From contig OZ219754.1 in NCBI GenBank assembly GCA_964291295.2, positions 3,072,001 to 3,136,000 of the forward strand: a stretch of 64,000 bases of DNA, in the 5' to 3' direction. The first letter of the stretch is position 1; each line of letters opens with the position of its first letter. This document shows, piece after piece, positions 31,952-41,158 of this stretch. The stretch comes from an uncultured Candidatus Binatia bacterium (lineage in GTDB: Bacteria > Desulfobacterota > Binatia > UBA9968 > JAJDTQ01). A program made the translations under genes and the position numbers. Below the pieces are notes generated by a model that searched no databases, was not told where the DNA came from, and saw nothing but the letters and a program-made list of their open reading frames with translations.

Positions 31952-33187
31952 ATGAAAGCCTTTTTCAGGGTGGTGACCACGGCGGAGGCGCTGGCGCTTC
32001 TCCGGCAGGTTCCGGCCGTGGGCACCGAGGCCGCCGATACCGTCGCGGCCCGGGGCCGCGTGCTGGCCGAGGAGCTGCGTTCCCCGGTCGACCTGCCCCA
32101 CTTCAACCGGGCGGCCATGGACGGCTACGCCGTCATGGCCCGGGACACCTTCGGGGCCAGCGCCGCGCTGCCGGCCTGCCTCAGGCTTGCCGGGACGGTG
32201 GAGATGGGCCAGGAGGTCACCCGCCGCATGGAACCGCACGAGGCCATGCGCATCTCCACCGGCGGCATGCTCCCGCCCGGCGGCGATGCCGTGGTGATGG
32301 TGGAGCACACCGAGGAGACCGGCGACGGCATGGTGGAGATCCATCGGAGCGCCCCGCCCTGGCTCAACGTGATCCAGGTGGGAGACGATATCCGCAAGGG
32401 CGAACCGGTCTTCCCGCGGGGCCGGCGGCTTCGGGCCCACGACCTCGGCGCGCTGACCGGCATCGGGGTCGCGTCGGTGCCGGTCTACAGAAAACCGCGC
32501 GTGACCCTGGTATCCACCGGCGACGAGATCGTCCCGGTGCACCGGGAGCCGCGCCCCGGACAGGTACGCAACATCAACCAGCATTCCCTGGCGGGGCTTG
32601 TCGCCGAATGCGGTGCGGTGTTGAACGATCTCGGCGTTGTCGCCGACAATCCGCGGGAACTGCGCGAGGCGCTGATCACGGGCCTGGACTGGGGCGATCT
32701 CGTGCTCCTGTCCGGCGGCAGTTCCATGGGAACCCGCGACGTGGCGCTGGAAGTCATCCGCTCGCTGCCCGACGCCAGAATCCGCTTCCACGGCATCTCC
32801 ATCAGTCCGGGCAAACCCACCCTTTATGCCGAGGCGGCCGGGAAGCCCGTGCTCGGCCTGCCCGGGTATCCGGTTTCCGCCCTCGTCATCTTCGATCTGT
32901 TCGCCGCACCGCTGATACGGACGCTGGGAGGCGAGGGGGCTGCGGCCGCGCCGTTTTTCCGCGGCACCGCAAGGGCCGTCCTCGCCACCAACATCTCTTC
33001 ACGGACCGGCCGGGAGGACTACGTGCGGGTCACCCTGGAACACAGGGACGGAACCCTCCGCGCCGCGCCGTTGCCGGGCAAGTCCGGAGCCATCTTCACC
33101 CTGGTCAAGGCCGACGGCATGGTCCGCATCGACCTTGACCGCGAGGGCCTGGAACAAGGGGAAGAGGTGGAAGTGGCGCTGTTCTGA
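31952..33187 (+). CDS. moeA: Molybdopterin molybdotransferase MoeA (paralogue 1)
   Basis: AMDGYAV, STGDE, SGGSSMG, PGKP, LPGYP. Confidence 0.93.
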   Translation: MKAFFRVVTTAEALALLRQVPAVGTEAADTVAARGRVLAEELRSPVDLPHFNRAAMDGYAVMARDTFGASAALPACLRLAGTVEMGQEVTRRMEPHEAMRISTGGMLPPGGDAVVMVEHTEETGDGMVEIHRSAPPWLNVIQVGDDIRKGEPVFPRGRRLRAHDLGALTGIGVASVPVYRKPRVTLVSTGDEIVPVHREPRPGQVRNINQHSLAGLVAECGAVLNDLGVVADNPRELREALITGLDWGDLVLLSGGSSMGTRDVALEVIRSLPDARIRFHGISISPGKPTLYAEAAGKPVLGLPGYPVSALVIFDLFAAPLIRTLGGEGAAAAPFFRGTARAVLATNISSRTGREDYVRVTLEHRDGTLRAAPLPGKSGAIFTLVKADGMVRIDLDREGLEQGEEVEVALF

Positions 33188-33188
33188 C

Positions 33189-35123
33189 ATGGCACGGAAA
33201 CGCTACCTCAGGAAGACCCCCCTGGAGCGGGCGCGGCAGGCGTTCCTGGACGCCGTTGACGGCAGCCCCCTGGAGGACGAGACGGTGGCTGTCGGCGAGG
33301 CGCTCCACCGGATCACCGCCGAGCCCGTGTTCGCCAGGATCTCGTCGCCCCACTACCACGGGTCGGCCATGGACGGGATCTGCGTAAGCGCGGAGGATAC
33401 CTTCGGTGCCACGGAGTTCTCCCCCCGGCAACTCCGGCCATTGACCGGCGAAGCCCGGGCCGATGGATGCTTCGCCTACCTGGACACCGGCCAGCCGCTG
33501 CCGTCCTGGGCCAACGCGGTGATCATGATCGAGAAGGTGCGGGAGCTCGAAGATGGCACCGTGTCCATCGACGAAGCGGCGGCGCCGTGGCAGAACGTGC
33601 GCCTGGCGGGCGAGGACGTGGTGGCCACCGAGTTGCTGCTGCCGCGGAACCATCGCCTGCGGCCCCATGACATGGGGGCCGTGCTGGCGGCGGGCCATAC
33701 CACCCTTCGCGTCAAGGCGCGTCCCCGGGTGGCCCTCATTCCCACGGGTGACGAGATCACCGCTCCCGGGGCAGCACCCCGCCCGGGACAGGTCATCGAT
33801 TTCAACTCCACCGTGCTGGCCGCCATGGTAGCCGAGTGCGGCGGCGCGGCGCAGACCTTTCCGGCCGTCGCCGACGACCCGGCGCTCCTGAAACGCGCGC
33901 TTGCGGACGCCCTCGAGGACCACCACCTGGCGGCCCTCATCGCCGGATCGTCCGCGGGCGCGCGGGACTTCACCGCGGCGGTGATCGACGACGCGGGCGA
34001 ACTGCTGGCGCACGGCATCGAAGTCATGCCCGGCAAGCCCGCGGTCCTGGGCGTGGTCGGCGGCAAGCCAGTCATGGGCATCCCCGGCTACCCCGTGTCC
34101 GCCATCGTCATCGCCCGCGAACTCCTCCAGCCGGCACTGCGGCGAATGCTGGGCACGGACCCCGGCGCCCCGGCGGAGGTCCGTGCCGTGGCGCCGCGAA
34201 AGATCCCCTCGCGACTGGGCCTGGAGGAGTTCGTCCGGGTCACGCTGGGAAAGGTCGATGACCGGCTCATGGCCGTTCCGCTGGCGCGCGGCGCGGGGGT
34301 CATCCACACCATGGTGCGGGCCGACGGATTCCTGCGCATTCCGGGGAGAGTGGAGGGGATCAACGCCGGCGAGGAGATCACCGTCGAACTGCTGCGGTCG
34401 CCCGGGGAGATCGCGCATACGGTGCTCTGCACCGGCAGCCACGACCTCTCCATCAGCGTGCTGGAAGACCAGCTCAAGTGCCGGGACCCGCGGTTCAGGA
34501 TCGCCACGGCCAACGTCGGCAGCCTCGGCGGACTGCATTCCATCCGGCGCGCCGAGACGCACATGGCCGGCACCCACCTGCTGGACCCCGCCACCGGCGC
34601 GTACAACATTCCGGACCTCCGGCGCGTGCTCCCGGATGTGCCGGTGGTGCTCGTGCACTGCGTCAGACGCCGCCAGGGCCTGCTGGTGCCCCGGGGCAAT
34701 CCCCTGGGGCTGTCGAGCATCGCCGACCTGGGGAGCCGGGCGCTGCGGTTCGTCAACCGGCAGCCCGGCTCGGGCACCCGCGTGCTGCTGGACTACAATC
34801 TCGCGCAACTCGGCATCGAAACCACCGCGGTCAGGGGATACGAACACGAGGCGTTCACCCACATGGCGGTGGCGGTGGCCGTGGCCAGCGGTCTGGCGGA
34901 CACCGGCCTGGGGATTCTTTCCGCCGCCAATGCGCTGGAACTGGACTTCATTCCGGTGGGCGACGAGCAGTACGACCTGGTGCTGCGGCGGTCGTTCCAC
35001 GACTCGCCGGCAGGCGCCGCGCTGCTGGCGGTCCTCCGCTCCGCCGGATTCCGGCAGGCGATGGAATCCCTCGGCGGCTACGACACCGGCACCAGCGGCG
35101 ACATCCTGTACGAGCAGGGATAG
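33189..35123 (+). CDS. MoeA fused to C-terminal PBP/LysR-type substrate-binding domain
   Basis: SAMDG, PTGDE, PGKP, PGYP, then GSHD, GSLGG, FVNRQPGSGTR. Confidence 0.92.
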   Translation: MARKRYLRKTPLERARQAFLDAVDGSPLEDETVAVGEALHRITAEPVFARISSPHYHGSAMDGICVSAEDTFGATEFSPRQLRPLTGEARADGCFAYLDTGQPLPSWANAVIMIEKVRELEDGTVSIDEAAAPWQNVRLAGEDVVATELLLPRNHRLRPHDMGAVLAAGHTTLRVKARPRVALIPTGDEITAPGAAPRPGQVIDFNSTVLAAMVAECGGAAQTFPAVADDPALLKRALADALEDHHLAALIAGSSAGARDFTAAVIDDAGELLAHGIEVMPGKPAVLGVVGGKPVMGIPGYPVSAIVIARELLQPALRRMLGTDPGAPAEVRAVAPRKIPSRLGLEEFVRVTLGKVDDRLMAVPLARGAGVIHTMVRADGFLRIPGRVEGINAGEEITVELLRSPGEIAHTVLCTGSHDLSISVLEDQLKCRDPRFRIATANVGSLGGLHSIRRAETHMAGTHLLDPATGAYNIPDLRRVLPDVPVVLVHCVRRRQGLLVPRGNPLGLSSIADLGSRALRFVNRQPGSGTRVLLDYNLAQLGIETTAVRGYEHEAFTHMAVAVAVASGLADTGLGILSAANALELDFIPVGDEQYDLVLRRSFHDSPAGAALLAVLRSAGFRQAMESLGGYDTGTSGDILYEQG

Positions 35124-35223
35124 GAACAGGCGGTCCATCCACCGGCGCGGCGGCGCCTCCCGGTGGGCGCATCGGGCGGGGCGGGCATCGGGCGGGCTGG
35201 ATACGGAAGCGGGTCCGGGGTGC

Positions 35224-35310
35224 TGGTGCCGGGAGCCGGACTTGAACCGGCACAGGCCAAGGCCCGCGGGATTTTAAGTCCCGTGTGTCTACCCATTCCA
35301 CCATCCCGGC
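35224..35310 (-). tRNA. tRNA-Leu(TAA)
   Basis: GCCGGGATGGTGGAATGGGTAGACAC..CT-TAA-AA..GGTTCAAGTCC..CCCGGCACCA. Confidence 0.97.
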
Positions 35311-35408
35311 GCAACACGTCTCCATAACTTCCGTCCATCCCTTCGTCAACCGGAGACTCCCGCGGCCGCGCACACGACCCGTTCCCTTGCGTGGCACCCG
35401 GCACTTCG

Positions 35409-35446
35409 CTACCGTGGTCCGTGAGATCTACCGTGGTCCGTGAGAT
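35409..35446. repeat. Exact 19-bp tandem duplication CTACCGTGGTCCGTGAGAT x2 upstream of the grdB-like gene
   Basis: Read directly. Confidence 0.95.
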
Positions 35447-35475
35447 CGGGTCAGCCAATGGCAGGGAGGCCAGGC

Positions 35476-36804
35476 ATGAAGCGCGTGGCACACGTCGTGA
35501 ACCAGTTCTTTGCCGGCATCGGCGGGGAGGAAAAGGCGGATGCCGTTCCGGGGATCCTCGATACCCTGGCGGGACCGTCGCGCGGCCTGCAAGGGCGGCT
35601 GCAGGGCGAGGCGACGGTGGCTCCCACCATCCACTTCGGCGACAACCACTTCCACGAACGGGCCGCGGAGGCACGGGCGGCCCTCCTGCGCGCGGTCGCG
35701 GCTGCGGAGCCGGACATCGTCGTGCTGGGTCCGGCGTTCAATGCCGGGCGCTACGGCCTCGCCTGCGTCGAGATCGGGCACCGGGTGACCACCGAGTTGG
35801 AGCGCGTGTGCGTAACCGCCATGCACGAGGACAATCCGGCGGTGGAAACGTACCGGCGATACCATAACCCCGGGCTGTTCCTCCTGCCCACAACGGAGAC
35901 GGCCGCGGGCATGGGCAAGGCCCTCGACGATCTCGGCCGTTTCATTGCCAGGCGGCTGCGCGGCGAGCCCCCGGGCACCGCCGGGGACGAGGGCTATCTG
36001 CCGCGGGGAATCCGGACCCAGGTGCGGAGTGGCCGGACCGGCGCCGACCGCGCCCTGGCCATGCTGCTCGACAAGCTGGAGGGAAAGCCCTTCGCCACCG
36101 AAATACCCGTCCGGAACTGGGACCGGGTGGCGCCCGCGGCCGCGGTCAAACGCCTCGACAAGGCCAGGGTCGCGCTGGTCACCACCAGCGGGGTGGTGCC
36201 GTGGGGCAATCCGGACGGCTTCAAGACCTTCCGCAACACGTTCTGGCGCAAGTATCCGGTGGCGGAGTTGAAGACCATGGAGCCGGGCATGTGGGAGGCG
36301 GTGCACGGCGGCTACAACGTCGCCGACATGAACACCAACCCACTCTACGGCGTTCCGCTGGACGCGCTGCGGGAGCTCCGGCACGAGGGCCGATACGAGG
36401 ATCTCTACCCCGCCTACTACGTCATACCCGGCAACCAGGGCTCGCCCTCGGCCATGCAGCGGGTGGGACGGGAGATCGCCGCGGAACTCAAGGCCAACAG
36501 CGTGGACGCGGCGCTGCTGGTCAGCACGTGAGGGACCTGCAGTCGCAGCGGAGCTGTGATCAGCAAGGAGTTGGACCGTGCCGGAGTTCCCGTGTCGATG
36601 ATCAGTGCCATGTTCCCTCTGGCGGAGCAGGTGGGCGCCAACCGCATCGTCAAGGGCGTCCGGATTCCCCATCCCTGCGGCGACCCGGGCCTGCCGTCGG
36701 AGGTCGACGGAAAACTGCGCAAGGCCATCGTCGAGACCGCTCTCAAGGCCCTTGAGGAAGACGTCGACGGGAGCACCGTGTTCACCCCGGACGCAGCGTC
36801 ATGA
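35476..36804 (+). CDS. grdB: Glycine/sarcosine/betaine reductase selenoprotein B-like subunit, 442 aa with Sec352 (TGA 36529-36531)
   Basis: NQFFAGIGGEEKAD, GPAFNAGRYG, ALVTTSGVVPWGNPD, HGGY; in-frame read-through gives VST-U-GTCSRSGAVISKELDRAGVP..VGANRIV..IPHPCGDP, joining track ORFs 35440..36531 and 36556..36804. Symbol marks the family, not the substrate. Confidence 0.9.
36537..36563 (+). promoter_or_regulatory. Putative bacterial SECIS hairpin
   Basis: GTCGCAGC-GGA-GCTGTGAT (8 bp with two G.U) plus CTG/CAG lower stem; G-starting apical loop 18 nt after the TGA. Confidence 0.7.
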
Positions 36805-38126
36805 GCAGCGGCCGGCACGGCACGCCGCTGGAGTTGGCGGAATTTCCCGTGAACGAGCTTCGGTCGGGCGGCGCGTTGCGATACCGCGGCCGGACCCTGG
36901 AGGTGGACGAGGCGGCGTTGGCGGAAACCGCTTCACGGGATCCCGGAGTCCTGTCCGCCAGGCTCGACATCATCCGGCCTGGCGAGCGGGTACGGGTCAC
37001 CGGGATTCGCGACATCGTGGAGCCCAGGGTCAAGGTGGCCGGCGGCGGTCAGGTGTTTCCCGGGATCACCAATCCGGTGGCCGCCGTGGGGGCCGGCCGC
37101 ACTCATCGGTTGTCCGGCATGACCCTCACCACCACCGCGGCGTACGAGGGCACCATCCGCACCGGCACCACGGCCCCGCGCAGCGCCATCCTCGACATGT
37201 GGGGACCGGGGTCCGAGCTTACCGGATTCAGCCGCCTCCCGAGCCTGGTCCTCACCCTCGCGCTCTCCCCGGACCTGATCGAGGCCGAGGCGCACCAGGC
37301 GATACAGGCCGCCGAGTACCGGGTGGCCCAGCGGCTGGCGGAAACCACGGTGGAGGCCAGGCCCGCGTCCATCGAGACCCACGGAGCGGCACACGGAAAC
37401 CCGGACCTGCCCAGGGCCGTGCTCATCGTCGGCTGCATCACCGAATCGGAGCACCGGCCGTCAGGCCTGGGATATTACGGGCTGCCGGTGCGTGAGTCGC
37501 TGTCCACGGTGGCCCACCCCAACGAGTTGCTGGACGGCGCGGTCACCGGCAATACCCTGAAGAGCATCGCCTACTACCCCACCACCTGGGACTGGCAGAA
37601 CCAGCCCCTGGCCCTGAGCTTGTCCCGGGAGCACGGCCGCCGGCTCGATTTCGCCGGCGTCATCCTGCTGCGTATCGGCTTCGGAAGGTTCCAGGAGAAG
37701 GAGGTGGCCGCGCACAACGCGGCCCAGGTGGCTGGCGCCCTTGGAGCGAAGGCCGCCCTGGTCACCTGGATCGGTTCCGGCAATGCCTTTATGGAAGTGA
37801 TGCTGGCGGTGCGCGCCTGCGAGCGGAAAGGCATCCGGACCGTGCTGGTTACCTACGAGTATGGCGGCAGGGACGGCGTGGACTCACCGCTGCTTTTCTA
37901 CGACGCCTGCGCCGACGCGGTGGTGAGCACCGGCAGCCGCGACCGCACCCTGGAACTGCCTCCGGCGGACCGGGTGGTGGGGGGGTATGAACGGCTTCAG
38001 GTTCTCAACTACCCCGGCGCACCGGTGGTGCCGGCCGCCGGCGCCATCCACCTCGACGCGGTCGACGCCATCATCGGCGGCACCGATCTCTGGGGCGGCC
38101 GGGACTGGACCTGCCGGGCGCACTGA
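36801..38126 (+). CDS. Glycine/sarcosine/betaine reductase component B proprotein (GrdE/GrdG/GrdI-like)
   Basis: IIRPGERVRVTGIRDIVEPRVK, GRTHRLSG, ILDMWGPG, HPNELLDGAV, DAVVSTG; ATGA overlap with grdB. Confidence 0.88.
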   Translation: MSSGRHGTPLELAEFPVNELRSGGALRYRGRTLEVDEAALAETASRDPGVLSARLDIIRPGERVRVTGIRDIVEPRVKVAGGGQVFPGITNPVAAVGAGRTHRLSGMTLTTTAAYEGTIRTGTTAPRSAILDMWGPGSELTGFSRLPSLVLTLALSPDLIEAEAHQAIQAAEYRVAQRLAETTVEARPASIETHGAAHGNPDLPRAVLIVGCITESEHRPSGLGYYGLPVRESLSTVAHPNELLDGAVTGNTLKSIAYYPTTWDWQNQPLALSLSREHGRRLDFAGVILLRIGFGRFQEKEVAAHNAAQVAGALGAKAALVTWIGSGNAFMEVMLAVRACERKGIRTVLVTYEYGGRDGVDSPLLFYDACADAVVSTGSRDRTLELPPADRVVGGYERLQVLNYPGAPVVPAAGAIHLDAVDAIIGGTDLWGGRDWTCRAH

Positions 38127-38223
38127 GCATGCGCACCGGGCTCGCAGACTCCGACAGAGTCATCATCGATATCAGGGAGCACTGACGCGAAACCGCTCCG
38201 GACAACGCTTCCAGGCACACGGC

Positions 38224-38472
38224 ATGGCAACACGACGACGGCTACGCAGAAGAACGCGACGGAAGAGGAGCCGCCGCGCGTGGCTCCTGGTTCCGGCGAT
38301 CATCCTGGCAGTGATGCTGGGGTGGCTGTACCGGATCGAGATCGTGAACCTCGCCACCTTCCGGTTCAGCGGGATCGACTTCAGCCGGCAGCCCGCGGGC
38401 ACTTCCGAGGGCGTTGCCCCGATCACGGAGAAGGAGCGCCGGGAACTGGAGGGGATCCTCAAGAACCGCTGA
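38224..38472 (+). CDS. Small hypothetical single-TM protein (82 aa)
   Basis: Arg-rich N-terminus, hydrophobic helix AWLLVPAIILAVMLGWLY, C-terminal ITEKERRELEGILK; high-GC3 codons. Confidence 0.6.
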   Translation: MATRRRLRRRTRRKRSRRAWLLVPAIILAVMLGWLYRIEIVNLATFRFSGIDFSRQPAGTSEGVAPITEKERRELEGILKNR

Positions 38473-38501
38473 TCCGGGAGGCTCCGCCGCCACCACTGGC
38501 G

Positions 38502-39581
38502 CTACAGCCCACCGGGCAGACTGTAGAAACGCTGGGCGTTGCGTGACAACACCGCGGTCTTGTCCTCTTCGGTGAGGTCTTCGCTCTCGATGACCTCGCC
38601 CAGTTCTTCCTTGCAGAACTCGTTGTTCACCTCGTGGGGAAAGTCCGAGGAGTAGACCCAAGGCTTGTTCCCCACGGTCTTGATGGCGTGGGCCAGATCC
38701 GGTTCGTGGCCCTCGCAGCCGACGAAAATCCGACCGCCCTCGATGTGCCGCCGGCAGTACTGGCTGACGCTCTCGCCCTTCTCGAGTTGCAGGAACTCGG
38801 CCCGGGGGTCGTGCTGGATGTGCGTTTCGTAGGAGCGGTCGAAGCGCTCGAGACACATGAGCAGCCAGGCGACGCCCCCCTCCAGGAAACCGATGCGCAG
38901 GTTGGGATACTTGTCGAAAATGCCGTTGAAGACGATGCCGCCGAAGGAGATCATCTGTCCGAACGGATGGCCGAGGGCGTGCACCGGGGCGTACGGATGG
39001 AGGTCATCCATGCCCAGGTTCTCGTGCGCGCCGCCGTGGATGCCCAGGCAGCAACCCAGCCGGTCGGCCTCCTGGTAGATGGGCCAGTAGTACTTGTGGC
39101 CGAGATGCAACTGGATGCCGGTGGAGGGCAGCATGGCGCCGCACATCCCCAGCTCCTCCACCGCCCGGCGCAGCTCCTTCACCGCCTCGTCCGGCTCCTG
39201 AAGCGGAATCAGAGCCACCGCCTGGAACCTCGGACTCTTGCTGACGTAGTTCTCGGCAATCCAGTCATTGTAAGCGCGGGCCAGGTCGATGGCCCAGTCC
39301 TGGCTCACCACCTTGCCGTAGGACAGGCCCACGGTGGGATAGAGGACCGTCCGGTCGATGCCGACGTCCTCCAGAAACTCCACCCAGCCGTCGAAGCCCA
39401 CCTGCTGGAATGAACCCTCCGGAAGCTTGTGCGCGTTGGCCGAATGCAGGTGGTCCAGCGGCGGGAACGGGTTGGACCAGCGCATCTGTTCCCGCACCGC
39501 CTTGGGAAAGCGGCTCGTGATGGCCGCCATGTCCTCCACGACGTGACCGTCGCCGTCAATGATCTGATACTTGTTTGCCAT
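38502..39581 (-). CDS. Amidohydrolase_2 family protein
   Basis: IIDGDGHV, VLYPT, AYNDW, FLEGG, SSDFPH; GGAGG RBS. Confidence 0.9.
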   Translation of the reverse strand: MANKYQIIDGDGHVVEDMAAITSRFPKAVREQMRWSNPFPPLDHLHSANAHKLPEGSFQQVGFDGWVEFLEDVGIDRTVLYPTVGLSYGKVVSQDWAIDLARAYNDWIAENYVSKSPRFQAVALIPLQEPDEAVKELRRAVEELGMCGAMLPSTGIQLHLGHKYYWPIYQEADRLGCCLGIHGGAHENLGMDDLHPYAPVHALGHPFGQMISFGGIVFNGIFDKYPNLRIGFLEGGVAWLLMCLERFDRSYETHIQHDPRAEFLQLEKGESVSQYCRRHIEGGRIFVGCEGHEPDLAHAIKTVGNKPWVYSSDFPHEVNNEFCKEELGEVIESEDLTEEDKTAVLSRNAQRFYSLPGGL

Positions 39582-39776
39582 GGGTAACCTCCGGGTAGGC
39601 CCGTGTCGTGGTGTCCGCAGATCCGGCGCCGCTGGCGGGCAGGCCCTTTCGACGGACCCGCCCGCCAGCGGGCTCCGGGCATTGAGCGGGTCTTAGCCGG
39701 CTCCGCGGGAATTGTCAAGAATGCGCCGAGGCCGGCCAGTGGCCCGCCCGAGGCGACTCGTGCTAAGGACCATGCC

Positions 39777-41078
39777 ATGAGCAGCACCCGACGAACCGGC
39801 GACTGGTCGCCGCCCGACATCCTCTCCCGCCCCGAGGTGGTCAAACTGTCCGAAGAGACCCTGGCCCTACCCGACATGGCGATCGGGAACCGCGAGGACA
39901 TCTTCCGCATCCAGGCGCTGGACCTGGACTGGGACATCGGTACCATGACCTGCGAACCCGAGGACGCGGGCCGCGTGCCGAAAGTTGCGGACGGAAGGCG
40001 CGCGGGCATCTTCCTGCTGCACGGCGGCACATCGGACTACAAGTCCCTGGAGCCGGTGGCCCGGATGATGGCCGCAAAATACGGCTTCAAGGTGACGCTG
40101 ATGACCTTTCCCGGGCGCCTGTACCTGCTGGACCCCTCCCGGGATTGGCCCGGCGACACCCTCGAACCCGACGGCACCGGCCGGACGCCGCTGTGGATCC
40201 GGGAGACCCGCATCACGCGCGACCAGTACCAGGTGGCCCGGGACGAGTCCCGGCGCGCCAGCTACGGCACCGTCCTGTCGCTGGCGGCCCGCGAGGGAAG
40301 CGAATTCTACCACCGCATGGCCGCCTGGCCCGCGGCCTTCGAGGAAGCGATGCGGGAGGCCTGCCGCCGGGAGTTTCCCGAGGCCGGGTATTCCCTGTAC
40401 GTCCACGGCCACTCCACCGGCGGACCCTTCGCCATGATCGCCGCGCAGCGGGTGGCCAATGTGGCCGGCGTCCTGGGGTACGGCTCGTCGACCTTCGGCT
40501 ACATCTACACCGCGGTCACCGGGGATCGGTGGAACTTGCCCTTCAACCACCTGCGGCTGCGGACTTGGCGCGACACCGCCCGCTACCTCCACGAAGGGCT
40601 CAAGGACAAGGGCTACGGCCTCCCCATGCTGATGGAACTTGCCATGGAGAAGTGGGAAGTGGAGAAGAGGCGCGCCAACTTCAAGGCCGAGGACTTCGTC
40701 CACAAGAACGGCGCCGGCGCGCTGGAACAGGCCGCGCGCGTCACCGCCCGCCGCCTTGGGTTGGGAGCGGCCGCCGAGCGGGAATTGGTGGGGCGCTATC
40801 TCGGATATCTGCGGGAGCTGGCCGGCCCCGGCGTCAAGCCGGTGCCGCCCGTGCTTTCGCTTCACGGTGTGGACGACGACACCGTCACCCTGCAGCGGTG
40901 TGGCGACTCCCGGCCGTTGTACGCCGCCATGAAGCCGGCGCCGAAGGTCGCCTGCGTCTCCCTGGGCGCCGGCGTCCATACCTGGGACCGCACCTGCGAG
41001 GATCTCCCGCGCGGCATCCTGCCGCCGGTGTGCCGGCTCTGGCACGACGCCATCGCGGGTGGCTACTTCGCGCCCTGA
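39777..41078 (+). CDS. Uncharacterised alpha/beta-hydrolase-fold protein
   Basis: LLHGG, GHSTGG, HGVDD, GVH spaced like a Ser-Asp-His triad. Confidence 0.7.
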   Translation: MSSTRRTGDWSPPDILSRPEVVKLSEETLALPDMAIGNREDIFRIQALDLDWDIGTMTCEPEDAGRVPKVADGRRAGIFLLHGGTSDYKSLEPVARMMAAKYGFKVTLMTFPGRLYLLDPSRDWPGDTLEPDGTGRTPLWIRETRITRDQYQVARDESRRASYGTVLSLAAREGSEFYHRMAAWPAAFEEAMREACRREFPEAGYSLYVHGHSTGGPFAMIAAQRVANVAGVLGYGSSTFGYIYTAVTGDRWNLPFNHLRLRTWRDTARYLHEGLKDKGYGLPMLMELAMEKWEVEKRRANFKAEDFVHKNGAGALEQAARVTARRLGLGAAAERELVGRYLGYLRELAGPGVKPVPPVLSLHGVDDDTVTLQRCGDSRPLYAAMKPAPKVACVSLGAGVHTWDRTCEDLPRGILPPVCRLWHDAIAGGYFAP

Positions 41079-41158
41079 TTTCGCGCCCTGATCGTGCCGG
41101 CTCCGCCGGCTTCCGGGTATAGGGTTTCGTGACCGGACGTGAGTCAGACGGGAGAACC

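Noticed and set aside
36556-36804. 82-aa ORF as a separate gene, and grdB as a nonsense pseudogene
   Set aside because: It is the in-frame C-terminus of GrdB. The TGA falls at the family's Sec position, with a SECIS-like hairpin and tRNA-Sec in the window.
38124-38546. Second Sec read-through at the TGA ending the GrdE-like gene
   Set aside because: The protein is already about full family length, and the extension shows no redox motif or convincing SECIS.
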